Shown piece after piece: positions 12,088 through 22,362 of a stretch of DNA of 32,000 nucleotides. Position 1 is the stretch's first letter, and each line of letters begins with the position of its first letter. Under the pieces are notes generated by a model that saw only the letters and a list, made by a program, of their open reading frames with translations, had not been told where the DNA came from and ran no database searches. Origin of the DNA: Candidatus Saccharimonadota bacterium (GTDB taxonomy: Bacteria > Bacteroidota > Bacteroidia > Flavobacteriales > Blattabacteriaceae); the NCBI GenBank assembly GCA_029851245.1, contig CP099826.1, positions 87,688 through 119,687 of the forward strand, read 5' to 3'. Made by a program: the position numbers and the translations under genes.

Positions 12088-12533
12088 TAAAAAATATGTT
12101 TATTTATATTATTAGGAATATCTTTAACATATTTAATTTTATTATTTAATAAATTTATTTTAAATATTATATTTTCTATACCATTAGTTAAAAATAAATA
12201 ATTTATTTTTAAAAAATTACTATATTTAAATAATTGATAAAAATTAATTTTATTAATTTTAAATTTAGGAGATTTACATTCTATTAATATATTATTATTT
12301 ACTAATATATCAATTTTATAATATTTATTGTAATTTAAAAAAATTTTTTTTTCTATTTTAATATTATATAATTTATATTTTTTTTTATTTATTAAAAATA
12401 ATAATATTTTTTGTCTTAATAATTCTTCTTCAGAATATATAATAAATTTTTTTCTTTTAATACAAAAAATATTTTTATAATTATTAAATAAAGATTTATA
12501 TAATTTTATTTTATATTTATTAATATTAATCAT
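12084..12533 (-). CDS. HsdR_N-like (PD-(D/E)xK nuclease-fold) small protein of unknown function, Bacteroidota-conserved family
   Basis: 149 aa. EEELLRQKILLFLINKKKY.. / KIDILVNNNILIECKSPKFKI / NFYQLFKYSNFLKINYLFLTNG / VKDIPN match, from memory, the ~150-aa Bacteroidota proteins annotated as type I restriction enzyme HsdR N-terminal domain protein (D..ExK core). Confidence 0.55.
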   Translation of the reverse strand: MININKYKIKLYKSLFNNYKNIFCIKRKKFIIYSEEELLRQKILLFLINKKKYKLYNIKIEKKIFLNYNKYYKIDILVNNNILIECKSPKFKINKINFYQLFKYSNFLKINYLFLTNGIENIIFKINLLNNKIKYVKDIPNNINKHIFY

Positions 12534-12544
12534 AATAATTTTTT

Positions 12545-13192
12545 TTATATATAAATAGGATTACATAAATTGATATTATTTATAAATTTTTTAATTTTAT
12601 ATAAATAATATGAAAAATTAATAATATCTTTATAATTATAATTATAATAATAATAATTAATAAATATAATTTTATTATTTTTAATAAAAATTTTATATTT
12701 TTTATTAATAAAATAAATAATATTTTTATTATATTTATATAAATTAATAATTTTTTTATTTAATAAATTAAATTTATTTAATTTAGAAAATTTTTTATTT
12801 TTAACATAATATATTATATAATATAATATATTATAATTATATGAAAAAAATATAAATATAATTTTATTATATAAATTTATAATTTTACTTTTTTTAAAAA
12901 TTATTATAGAATATTCATTTAAAGTAATAATTGGTGTATTTAAAGATATATATATACCTTTTACAATAGATAATAAACTTTTTATTTTAAAATAATTAAT
13001 AGATGGACCTAAATTAATAGATATTGCATTAATATTATAAAAATTAAAATTATTTTTATTAAATAAATTTTTTTTAAAATTAATATGAAAATTATTATAT
13101 AATTTATTAAAAATTAAAATTTTTTTTTTTTTATATGAAATATTATAATTAATAAAATTGTTATTTTCATATAAATTTAATATATAAGACAT
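12545..13192 (-). CDS. tsaB: tRNA t6A37 threonylcarbamoyl-transfer protein TsaB (YeaZ-like)
   Basis: INAISINLGPSINYFKIKSLLSIVKGIYISLNTPIITLNEYSII aligns with YeaZ [40 protein letters not shown]. Length 215 aa. The rest is very degenerate. Confidence 0.55.
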   Translation of the reverse strand: MSYILNLYENNNFINYNISYKKKKILIFNKLYNNFHINFKKNLFNKNNFNFYNINAISINLGPSINYFKIKSLLSIVKGIYISLNTPIITLNEYSIIIFKKSKIINLYNKIIFIFFSYNYNILYYIIYYVKNKKFSKLNKFNLLNKKIINLYKYNKNIIYFINKKYKIFIKNNKIIFINYYYYNYNYKDIINFSYYLYKIKKFINNINLCNPIYI

Positions 13193-13194
13193 TA

Positions 13195-14961
13195 ATGATA
13201 AAATTTTTAAAAGTAATTAAAAAAATATATTATATATTATTATATAAAAAATATAAATTTAAAAAAAAAATTAGATTAAAAATATTATTTAATAATATTA
13301 AAAAATATGGTGATATAACAATAATTTTTTCTAATTTATTAAAAAAAAATATTATAAATGATATATATAAAATAATATATAAAAAATATAAAAATATTTT
13401 ATTAAAAATAATTATTAAAAATTATTTTTTAAATATTTATTTAAATAATAATTTTTATATAAAAATTATTAATTATTTTTTTAAAAAAAAATTTAATATT
13501 AAAAAATTAATTTATAATAAAAATAATAATAAAAAAAAAATAATTATTGATTATTCTTCCCCAAATTCTAATAAACCTTTACATATTGGTCATTTAAGAA
13601 ATATATTAATAGGAGATACAATTTCTAATATTTATAAAAAATTAGGATATAATATAATAAAAAGTCAAATAATAAATGATAGAGGAATACATATATGTAA
13701 AACAATAATTTCTTGGAAATTATTTTTTAAAAAAAAAAAAATTAATAAATATATTAAAAGTGATCATTATGTAGGAAAATTATATTTTAAATTTGAAAAA
13801 GAATTTAAAAAAGAAATTAAATATATATCAAATAAATATAATATTGATAAAAAAAACGCTTTAAATAAATCAAATTTATTTAAAAAAATAAATAAAGAAT
13901 TAATAAGATGGGAGAATAATAATAAAAGAAGTATTAAATTATGGAAAAAAATTAATAATTTAGTTTATAAAGGTTTTAATAAAACATATAAAATATTAAA
14001 TATAAAATTTAATGAAACATTATATGAAAGTAATACATATATAATAGGTAAAAAAAATATAATTAAAAATATTAAAAAAAATATATTTATTTTAGATAAA
14101 GATAAATCAATATATTATATATATAAAAATAAAAAAATAATTTTATTAAGAAAAAATGGAACTTCTTTATATATTACACAAGAAATAGGGACTTTATTAT
14201 ATAGAATAAAAAAATATAAAAAGTTTTATTTATTAATATATGTAGTTGGTAATGAACAAAAAAATTATTTTAATTTATTTTTTAATATAATAGAGAAAAT
14301 AAATATAAATATAAATATAAATAAATTGTATCATTTATCGTATAATACAGTAAATTATTTAGGAAAAAAAATAAAATCTAGAAATTATAAAAATATTATT
14401 TTTATAGATTGTATAATAAAAAAAATGTATAATTATGTAAAAAAAAATATAATATTTAATATAAATATAAAAAATAAAAAAAAAATTTATAAAAATATTA
14501 CAATTGGTACTATAAAATATCAATTTTTAAAAATTAATCCTAATAAAATAATTAATTTTAATTTTAAAAATACTTTAAATTTAAAAGGTAATACATGTAT
14601 ATATATACAATATACATATATTAGAATATATTCAATATTAAAAAAAAATATAAATAATAAATATTATTTTATAAAAAAAAAAAATAAATATAATTTAAAA
14701 AATATTGAAAAAGATATAATTATATATATAATAAAATATTATAAAATATTAAAAGATACTATAAAATATTATGATCCTTCAATATTAATAAATTATATAT
14801 ATTTATTATCTAAAAAAATTAATAATTTTTATCAAAATAATAGAATATATGTAAAAAATAAATACGAAAAAAATATTAGATTAAATATATGTTTAATAAT
14901 AAGTAAAATATTATATAATATAATGAAAATTTTAAATATTCCAATAATTAAAAAAATATAA
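13195..14961 (+). CDS. argS: Arginyl-tRNA synthetase
   Basis: IIIDYSSPNSNKPLHIGHLRNILIGDTISNIYKKLGY (HIGH region), NDRGIHICK (Bacteroidota-type block), and a length of 588 aa. Confidence 0.85.
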   Translation: MIKFLKVIKKIYYILLYKKYKFKKKIRLKILFNNIKKYGDITIIFSNLLKKNIINDIYKIIYKKYKNILLKIIIKNYFLNIYLNNNFYIKIINYFFKKKFNIKKLIYNKNNNKKKIIIDYSSPNSNKPLHIGHLRNILIGDTISNIYKKLGYNIIKSQIINDRGIHICKTIISWKLFFKKKKINKYIKSDHYVGKLYFKFEKEFKKEIKYISNKYNIDKKNALNKSNLFKKINKELIRWENNNKRSIKLWKKINNLVYKGFNKTYKILNIKFNETLYESNTYIIGKKNIIKNIKKNIFILDKDKSIYYIYKNKKIILLRKNGTSLYITQEIGTLLYRIKKYKKFYLLIYVVGNEQKNYFNLFFNIIEKININININKLYHLSYNTVNYLGKKIKSRNYKNIIFIDCIIKKMYNYVKKNIIFNINIKNKKKIYKNITIGTIKYQFLKINPNKIINFNFKNTLNLKGNTCIYIQYTYIRIYSILKKNINNKYYFIKKKNKYNLKNIEKDIIIYIIKYYKILKDTIKYYDPSILINYIYLLSKKINNFYQNNRIYVKNKYEKNIRLNICLIISKILYNIMKILNIPIIKKI

Positions 14962-15007
14962 TTATTATATATAATAATAAATATAAAATTAATATTATTT
15001 AAAAAAA

Positions 15008-15559
15008 ATGATAAATATTATAAATAAAATAAAATTAGATTTTGAAAAAAATAATAAATATTTTATAAAATATTTAAAAAATGTACATTTTGGGGAAATT
15101 AATACATATATATTAAAAAATATATATATAAATATAAATAATAAAAAATATAATATTTTTGAATTATCAAATATTAATTTAATAAATAAAATTACATTAA
15201 AAATAACTCCTTATAATATAAAAAATTTAAATATAATTAAAAAAGAATTATTAAAAACAAATATTGGAAAAAATAACACTATTATGAATATTAAAAATGA
15301 TATAATTATTAAATTTTCATTATTTACTGAAGAAAAAAGAAAATTATTAATTAAAGAAATAAAAAATGAATTTGAAAAAATTAAAATTTCATTAAGAAAT
15401 ATTAGGAATAAATATAATAATTATATAAATAAAAAATTAAATATATCAGATGATGATAAAATAAATATAAAAAAAAAAATACAAGATATTTATAATGAAA
15501 ATATAAATAATATAAAAAAAGAATATTTATATAAAGAAAAAGAAATATTAAAAATATAA
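15008..15559 (+). CDS. frr: Ribosome recycling factor
   Basis: 183 aa. LFTEEKRKLLIKEIKNEFEKIKISLRNIRNKYNN..ISDDD is colinear with Frr LTEERRKDLVK..E.AKVAVRNVRRDAN..ISEDE. Confidence 0.85.
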   Translation: MINIINKIKLDFEKNNKYFIKYLKNVHFGEINTYILKNIYININNKKYNIFELSNINLINKITLKITPYNIKNLNIIKKELLKTNIGKNNTIMNIKNDIIIKFSLFTEEKRKLLIKEIKNEFEKIKISLRNIRNKYNNYINKKLNISDDDKINIKKKIQDIYNENINNIKKEYLYKEKEILKI

Positions 15560-15579
15560 TATTTAATTATTAATTAATA

Positions 15580-16932
15580 ATGAAAAAATATTATAATATT
15601 AAAGAAATATTTATAAATAAAAAAAAATTAATAAATAAAAATATTATAATTAAAGGTTGGGTAAAATATTTTAGAAATAATTTATTTTTAGAAATTAATG
15701 ATGGAACAACTATAAAAAATATACAAGTAGTATTAAAGAAAAAAAATAAAAATATTGATATAGGAATAACTTTAAAAATATATGGTAAATTAAGAGAATA
15801 TAATAAAAAAATTGAAATTATATCATTATATATAAAAAAATATGGTAAAATTGATAAAGAATATTTTAATAACAGTATATTACAAAATAAATTTCATAAT
15901 TTATATAAATTAAGACAACAAAGTTATTTAAGATTTAGAACTAAATTATTTTCATCTATAATGAGAATAAGACATTTATTATCTATTAAAATACATAAAT
16001 ATTTAAATAAAAAAAATTTTTATTATATTAATACCCCTATAATTACTAATAATGATACTGAAGGAATAGGAGAAATTTTTAATGTTACTATATTAAATAT
16101 AAAAAAAAAGTATAATAATTATAAAGATGATTTTTTCGGATGTAAAGCAAATTTAACAGTATCTGGTCAATTAGAAGCAGAAAGTGCAATATTAGGATTA
16201 AATAAAGTATATACATTTGGACCAGTATTTAGAGCAGAAAATTCAAATACTAATAAACATTTATCAGAATTTTGGATGGTAGAATTAGAAATGATGTTTT
16301 ATAAATTTAAAAATATTATAAAATTTTCAGAAAAATTTATAAAATATTTAATAAAAGTAATATTAAAATATAATATAGAAGAATTAAAATATTTAGAAAA
16401 ATATAATAAAATTAAAATAATAAAATTATTAAAAAATATTTATATAAAAAAATTTATAAAAATTAGTTATAATTTAGTAATTAAAAAAATAAATAAAATA
16501 AAAAAAAATTTAATATTATGGGGAAGTGATATAAGTACAAAATATGAAAAAATATTATTTAAAAAAATATTTAAAAAAAATATTCCTTTAATAATATATA
16601 ATTATCCTAAAAAAATTAAACCTTTTTATATGAAAAGTAATAAAGATAATATTACTGTAAAATCATTTGATATAATATTTCCTAATGTAGGAGAAATTAT
16701 AGGAGGTTCTGAAAGAGAAATATCATATATAAAAATTTTAAATAATTTTAAAAAAAAAAATAAAAATAAAAATATAAATAATATAAAATGGTATTTAAAT
16801 TTAAGAAAATTAGGTAAAATATATCATAGTGGTTTTGGATTAGGTTTTGAAAGATTAATACAATTTATAACAGGTATGAAAAATATAAGAGATGTAATAC
16901 CTTTCCCAAGATATCCTGGTAATATTAATTAA
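15580..16932 (+). CDS. asnS: Asparaginyl-tRNA synthetase
   Basis: OB-fold N-terminus (IIIKGWVKYFRN); class IIb motifs VSGQLEAES, YTFGPVFRAENSNTNKHLSEFWMVELEM, GGSERE, HSGFGLGFERLIQFITGMKNIRDVIPFPRYPG. Confidence 0.9.
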   Translation: MKKYYNIKEIFINKKKLINKNIIIKGWVKYFRNNLFLEINDGTTIKNIQVVLKKKNKNIDIGITLKIYGKLREYNKKIEIISLYIKKYGKIDKEYFNNSILQNKFHNLYKLRQQSYLRFRTKLFSSIMRIRHLLSIKIHKYLNKKNFYYINTPIITNNDTEGIGEIFNVTILNIKKKYNNYKDDFFGCKANLTVSGQLEAESAILGLNKVYTFGPVFRAENSNTNKHLSEFWMVELEMMFYKFKNIIKFSEKFIKYLIKVILKYNIEELKYLEKYNKIKIIKLLKNIYIKKFIKISYNLVIKKINKIKKNLILWGSDISTKYEKILFKKIFKKNIPLIIYNYPKKIKPFYMKSNKDNITVKSFDIIFPNVGEIIGGSEREISYIKILNNFKKKNKNKNINNIKWYLNLRKLGKIYHSGFGLGFERLIQFITGMKNIRDVIPFPRYPGNIN

Positions 16933-16946
16933 GATTATTAATAATA

Positions 16947-18104
16947 ATGAAATATATATATTTAGATAGTGCGTCTAATAATAAAATGAAAAAAGAAGTT
17001 ATAAAATATTATAAAAAAATATTAAGTAATAAATACTTATCTAATCCTTCGTCTTTACATTATTATGGGATAAAAACAAGAGGATATATTGAAATTGCTA
17101 GAGAAAAAATATCAAAAATAATAAATTGTGAATCTTCAGAAATATATTTTACTTCTAGTGGAACTGAAGGAAATAATATAATTATAAAATTAATAGTAAA
17201 TAATTTAAAGATAAAAAATATAATAACTTCTAAATTAGAACATTTATCAGTTTTAAAAACTATTTTAAATATTAAAAAAAAAAATAATAATATAAAATTA
17301 TATTTTATAAAAAATAATAGTAAAGGAATATTAGATATTAATAAATTAAAAAAAATATTAAAAAAAATTAAAAAAGAAAATAATTTAGTAAGTATTATGT
17401 CTATAAATAATGAAATAGGAAATATTAATAATTATAATAAAATAGGAAAATTATGTAAAAAATATAATACTTATTATCATTCTGATTTCGTACAATATAT
17501 AGGCCATTATAAAATAAATATAAAAAAAATATTTTGTGATTTTTTAACTGCTAGTGCACATAAATTTTATGGCCCATTAGGAATAGGTTTTATATATATA
17601 AATAAAAGAATAAATATAAAAATAAATATTTATTATAATAATATAAAATCTAGTACTAATAATATATATGGTATTTTAGGTTTATATAAAGCATTACAAA
17701 TAAATAATAAAAATTATAAAATAGAAAATAAAAAAATATTATTATTAAAAAAAAAATGTATAAAATATTTAAAAAAAAATATTAATAATATAAAATTTAA
17801 TGGATTATCTAATAATTTAAAAAAAAGTTCAATAAATATATTAAATATTAGATTACCTATTAAAGATAATTTATTACATATAAAATTAGAATTAAAAGGA
17901 ATAATAATTTCTAAAAATAGTACTTGTAGTAATTATTCACATGTTTTAAAAAATATAATAAATAAAAAAGAATTTAAAAATACTACTTCAATAAGAATAT
18001 CATTTAATATATTTAATAAATATTTAGATATAAAATTATTTATATATGAATTAAAAAATATTATAAATAATAATAATAATAATTTTAATTTAATAAAAAT
18101 TTAA
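16947..18104 (+). CDS. Cysteine desulfurase (NifS/IscS-type class V aminotransferase)
   Basis: YLDSASNN.., FTSSGTEGNN, HSDFVQYIGH, PLP-lysine block SAHKFYGPLGIGFIY, and active-site Cys context SKNSTCSN. Confidence 0.8.
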   Translation: MKYIYLDSASNNKMKKEVIKYYKKILSNKYLSNPSSLHYYGIKTRGYIEIAREKISKIINCESSEIYFTSSGTEGNNIIIKLIVNNLKIKNIITSKLEHLSVLKTILNIKKKNNNIKLYFIKNNSKGILDINKLKKILKKIKKENNLVSIMSINNEIGNINNYNKIGKLCKKYNTYYHSDFVQYIGHYKINIKKIFCDFLTASAHKFYGPLGIGFIYINKRINIKINIYYNNIKSSTNNIYGILGLYKALQINNKNYKIENKKILLLKKKCIKYLKKNINNIKFNGLSNNLKKSSINILNIRLPIKDNLLHIKLELKGIIISKNSTCSNYSHVLKNIINKKEFKNTTSIRISFNIFNKYLDIKLFIYELKNIINNNNNNFNLIKI

Positions 18105-18243
18105 AAAAAATATAGTATATATTAGAAAAATTATTAATAATAGAGAAGTTACATTAATATGGAAATAATTATTAAAATATATAAATAATATATTATATTA
18201 AAAATATAAAATTATTATTTATTAAAAAAATATAAAATTAAAT

Positions 18244-18531
18244 ATGAAAGAAATAAATATAAAACCTTTATATGATCGTGTAATAATAGAACCTTTACAA
18301 ATAGAAAATAAAACTAAATCTGGTATTATAATACCTGATACAGTAAAAGAAAAATCACAAAAAGGAAAAGTAATAGAAGTAGGAACAGGAAAAAAAAATT
18401 ATAATATGATAGTTAAAAAAGGTGATATTGTATTATATAGTAAATATTCTGGTACAGAATTAAATATTAATAATAAGAAATATTTAATAATGTATGAAAA
18501 TGATATTTTAGCAATTATAAATAATAAATAA
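18244..18531 (+). CDS. groES: Co-chaperonin GroES
   Basis: [49 protein letters not shown]; 95 aa, immediately upstream of groEL. Confidence 0.95.
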   Translation: MKEINIKPLYDRVIIEPLQIENKTKSGIIIPDTVKEKSQKGKVIEVGTGKKNYNMIVKKGDIVLYSKYSGTELNINNKKYLIMYENDILAIINNK

Positions 18532-18553
18532 TAAATAAAATAAATTTAATATT

Positions 18554-20182
18554 ATGGCAAAAGACATAAAATTTAATATAAAAGCAATAGATAAATTAAA
18601 AAAAGGTGTAGATATATTAGCAAATGCTGTTAAAATTACTTTAGGGCCTAAAGGAAGAAATGTAGTATTACAAAAAACATTTGGTGGGCCACAAGTTACT
18701 AAAGATGGTGTAACAGTAGCAAAGGAAATAGAATTAGAAGATCCAATAGAAAATTTAGGTGCTCAAATGGTAAAAGAAGTAGCATCTAAAACAAATGAAG
18801 TTGCCGGTGATGGTACAACAACAGCTACTTTATTAGCACAATCAATAATTAAAGAAGGATTAAAAAATGTAGCAGCAGGTGCTAATCCTATAGATTTAAA
18901 AAGAGGAATTAATAAAACAGTAAAAATAATAGTAAAATATTTAAAAAAAATTTCTAAAGAAGTAGGTGGGAATTATAAAAAAATAAAACAAGTAGCATCA
19001 ATTTCAGCAAATAATGATAATGAAATAGGAAAATTAATTTCTAAAGCTTTTGAAAAAGTTGGAAAAAATGGAGTAATTACAGTAGAAGAAGCAAAAGGTA
19101 TAGAAACTTCTGTAGAAGTAGTAGAAGGTATGCAATTTGATAGAGGATATCAATCACCATATTTTGTAACTAATACAGAAAAAATGATATCTGAATTAAA
19201 TAATCCATATATATTATTATGTGATAAAAAAATTTCTTCTATGAAAGAATTAATAACAGTATTAGAACATATAGCACAATCTGGTAAACCATTATTAATA
19301 ATTTCAGAAGAAGTAGAAGGTGAAGCATTAGCAACACTTGTAGTAAATAAAATTAGAGGCTCATTAAAAGTAGCAGCAGTAAAAGCCCCTGGTTTTGGAG
19401 ATAGAAGAAAATCTATATTAGAAGATATAGCAATATTAACAGGAGGTACAGTAATATCAGAAGAACTGGGAAATGATTTAGAAAAAATTAAAATAAAAGA
19501 TTTAGGAAGATGTGAAAAAGTTACTATAGAGAAAGAAAATACTATTATAGTAAATGGATTAGGAAAAAGAAAAAATATTGAAAATAGAATTAATCAAATA
19601 GAATTACAAATTAAAAATAGTGATTCTGAATATGATAAAGAAAAACTACAAGAACGTTTAGCAAAATTATCAGGTGGAGTAGCAGTATTATATGTAGGAG
19701 CCGCTTCTGAAGTAGAAATGAAAGAAAAAAAAGATAGAGTAGAAGATGCATTAAATGCAACTAGAGCAGCAGTAGAAGAAGGTATTGTAGCAGGAGGTGG
19801 TATAGCACTTTTACGTTCTATAAAAATTTTAAAAAAAATAAAATTTAATAATAATGAAGAAAATACAAGTATAAAAATTATTGAAAGATCATTACAAGAA
19901 CCTTTAAGACAAATAGTAAAAAATTCTGGTAAAGAAGGGTCAGTAATAGTAGCAAAAGTATTAGAAGAAAAAAATGATTATGGTTATGATGCTAAAACAG
20001 GTACATATAAAAATATGTTATCTGCTGGTATAATAGATCCTACAAAAGTAACTAGAGTAGCATTAGAAAATGCAGCTTCTGTAGCTGGTATGTTTTTAAC
20101 TACTGAATGTGTAATAACAGATATTAAAAAAGTAAATTCTTCAAATATTCCACAAATACCGACAGGAGGAGATATGATGTAA
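18554..20182 (+). CDS. groEL: Chaperonin GroEL
   Basis: [80 protein letters not shown]..; C-terminal GGDMM tail. Confidence 0.98.
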   Translation: MAKDIKFNIKAIDKLKKGVDILANAVKITLGPKGRNVVLQKTFGGPQVTKDGVTVAKEIELEDPIENLGAQMVKEVASKTNEVAGDGTTTATLLAQSIIKEGLKNVAAGANPIDLKRGINKTVKIIVKYLKKISKEVGGNYKKIKQVASISANNDNEIGKLISKAFEKVGKNGVITVEEAKGIETSVEVVEGMQFDRGYQSPYFVTNTEKMISELNNPYILLCDKKISSMKELITVLEHIAQSGKPLLIISEEVEGEALATLVVNKIRGSLKVAAVKAPGFGDRRKSILEDIAILTGGTVISEELGNDLEKIKIKDLGRCEKVTIEKENTIIVNGLGKRKNIENRINQIELQIKNSDSEYDKEKLQERLAKLSGGVAVLYVGAASEVEMKEKKDRVEDALNATRAAVEEGIVAGGGIALLRSIKILKKIKFNNNEENTSIKIIERSLQEPLRQIVKNSGKEGSVIVAKVLEEKNDYGYDAKTGTYKNMLSAGIIDPTKVTRVALENAASVAGMFLTTECVITDIKKVNSSNIPQIPTGGDMM

Positions 20183-20213
20183 TATAATAAAATTAAATAA
20201 TTAATAATAATTT

Positions 20214-20247
20214 AAAAAAGCAATAATTTTTAAATTATTGCTTTTTT
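20214..20247 (+). terminator. Rho-independent terminator after groEL (A-tract / hairpin / T-tract, potentially bidirectional)
   Basis: AAAAAA-GCAATAATTT-tt-AAATTATTGC-TTTTTT. The 10-nt arms at 20220..20229 and 20232..20241 are perfectly complementary. This is the only G/C-containing hairpin in the 253-bp spacer. Confidence 0.6.
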
Positions 20248-20435
20248 ATTATTATTAGAATAATAAAAAGCTTTTTTAAAAGAATTATTTATTTTATATA
20301 TAAAAAATATAACATAAATATTATTAAATTATAAAAATAATAATATTTTTAATAAATATATTTTATTAATATTTAATATATTTAAATGTTTGTTAAAAAA
20401 TTAAATTTATTTTTTATATTAAATATAATAAATAT

Positions 20436-22208
20436 ATGAAATTTATAAGAAATTTTTGTATTATAGCACATATAGATCATGGTAAAAGTACTTTAGCATA
20501 TCAATTATTAAAATATACAAATACCATAAAAGATAATAAAAATAAATTATTGGATAATATGGATTTAGAAATAGAAAAAGGTATAACTATTAAAAATCAT
20601 ATAGTTCCAATAAAATATAATTATAAAAATAATATATATACATTAAATTTAATAGATACCCCAGGACATGCAGATTTTTCATATGAAGTATATAAATCAA
20701 TATTAGCATGTGAGGGAGTATTATTATTAATAGATATTTCTAAAAGTATTCAATCACAAACGATATCAAATTTTAATTTTGCTTTTAAAAAAAAAAAAAA
20801 AATAATTCCAGTATTAAATAAAATAGATTTAAATATAAATTATAATAATGTAATTAATGATGTTAAAAAATTATTAAATTGTAGTAATAATGAAATTTTA
20901 CATATAAGTGCTAAAAAAGGTATAGGAATTAGTAAATTAATAAAATTTATAATTGAAAAAATACCTTCTCCTAATGGTAATAAAAATTTACCTTTAAAAG
21001 CTTTTATTATTGATTCTAATTATGATAATTATAAAGGGATTAAAATATATTTTAGAATTTTTAATGGAATATTAAAAAATAATGATAAAATTAAATTATT
21101 GTCAAATAATAAAAAAATTAAAATAGAAAATTTAAGTTTATTAAATAATAATAAAGTTAAAATAATATATCCTGGAAATGTAGGATATTTTATATATAAA
21201 ACTAAAAAATTAGAAAATATTAAAATTGGAGATACTATAGTTTCTATAAATGATGTAAAAACAAAATATATAATAAAATTAAAATATTTTAAAAAAATGG
21301 TATTTATTGGGATATTTCCAGTTAATAATAAAGATTATGAAAATTTAAAAAATGCTATTAAAAAATTAAAATTAAATGATTATTCATTTTCCTATTATAA
21401 AGATTTTTCTAATACTTTTGGTTTTGGATTTAGATGTGGTTTTTTAGGAATATTACATTTTGAAATTATTAAAGAAAGAATATTTAGAGAATATAATATA
21501 AATATTATTACTACTATACCAAATGTAAAATATAAAATTTATTTAAAAAATAAAAGAATTAAAAAAATTAATAATCCATTAAATTTACCAAAAATTAATA
21601 ATATAAAATATATTAAAGAACCATATGTAAAAATTATTATTTATACTAATGATAAATATATAGGTAAAATAATATCATTTTGTATTAAAAAAAGAGGAAT
21701 TTTTAAAAAACAAATTTATATATCTTCATTAAAGATAAAATTAATATTTAATATACCATTTTCTGAAATTATTTTTGATTTTAATAATGAATTAAAAGCA
21801 ATAACAAAAGGATTTTCTACAATATATTATAAATTTATAGGATATAAAAAATCAAATATTGTAAAAGTTGATATATATATAAATAATATTATAGTAGATG
21901 GTTTTTCATTTTTTTCACATATTAATAATGCTTATATTAAGGCAAAAAAGATATGTAAAAAATTAAAAGATTTAATACCTAAAAAACAATTTATAATACC
22001 TATACAAGCTTATATATATAATAAAATAATAGTAAGAGAAAATATTATGCCATTTAAAAAAGATGTTATTTCTAAATGTTATGGTGGAGATATTTCTAGA
22101 AAACTTAAATTATTAAATAAACAAAAAGAAGGGAAAAAGAAAATGCGTAAAATTGGAAAAATTGAATTACCAAATAATATTTTATTTTCTCTTATTAATT
22201 TAGATTAA
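20436..22208 (+). CDS. lepA: Translation elongation factor 4 (LepA)
   Basis: IRNFCIIAHIDHGKSTLA, LIDTPGHADFSYEV, NKIDL, and the C-terminal LepA-specific block ..KCYGGDISRKLKLLNKQKEGKKKMRKIGKIELP. Confidence 0.95.
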   Translation: MKFIRNFCIIAHIDHGKSTLAYQLLKYTNTIKDNKNKLLDNMDLEIEKGITIKNHIVPIKYNYKNNIYTLNLIDTPGHADFSYEVYKSILACEGVLLLIDISKSIQSQTISNFNFAFKKKKKIIPVLNKIDLNINYNNVINDVKKLLNCSNNEILHISAKKGIGISKLIKFIIEKIPSPNGNKNLPLKAFIIDSNYDNYKGIKIYFRIFNGILKNNDKIKLLSNNKKIKIENLSLLNNNKVKIIYPGNVGYFIYKTKKLENIKIGDTIVSINDVKTKYIIKLKYFKKMVFIGIFPVNNKDYENLKNAIKKLKLNDYSFSYYKDFSNTFGFGFRCGFLGILHFEIIKERIFREYNINIITTIPNVKYKIYLKNKRIKKINNPLNLPKINNIKYIKEPYVKIIIYTNDKYIGKIISFCIKKRGIFKKQIYISSLKIKLIFNIPFSEIIFDFNNELKAITKGFSTIYYKFIGYKKSNIVKVDIYINNIIVDGFSFFSHINNAYIKAKKICKKLKDLIPKKQFIIPIQAYIYNKIIVRENIMPFKKDVISKCYGGDISRKLKLLNKQKEGKKKMRKIGKIELPNNILFSLINLD

Positions 22209-22259
22209 TAATAATTTATTATTTATATTATAAATATTAATTAATATTTATTAATTTTT

Positions 22260-22347
22260 GGAGAGTTGCCGGAGTGGTTTAACGGAACAGTTTGCTAAAC
22301 TGTCAGCAATAATAAATGCTACATGGGTTCAAATCCCATACTCTCCG
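22260..22347 (+). tRNA. tRNA-Ser (anticodon GCT), long variable arm
   Basis: Acceptor GGAGAGT/ACTCTCC, anticodon arm ACAGT-TTGCTAA-ACTGT, long variable arm, T arm ATGGG-TTCAAAT-CCCAT, discriminator G. Confidence 0.9.
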
Positions 22348-22362
22348 ATAAATTATTAATTA

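Noticed and set aside
18105-18243. Search for a CIRCE (TTAGCACTC-N9-GAGTGCTAA) or sigma-32-type heat-shock element upstream of groES
   Set aside because: No such inverted repeat or CTTGAAA/CCCCAT-like motif is present. The spacer is nearly pure A/T.
20265-20276. 12-nt perfect palindrome AAAAAGCTTTTT downstream of the groEL terminator
   Set aside because: It has no loop, so it is not a credible hairpin. A short A/T palindrome around a single GC is expected by chance, and no second copy was seen.
20386-20439. 17-codon upstream ORF (MFVKKLNLFFILNIINI) whose TGA overlaps the lepA ATG (ATATGA)
   Set aside because: At roughly 0.1 stops per codon, an open run of 17 codons is expected by chance about 15 % of the time. 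There is no supporting signal. It would also be the only TGA stop in the window.
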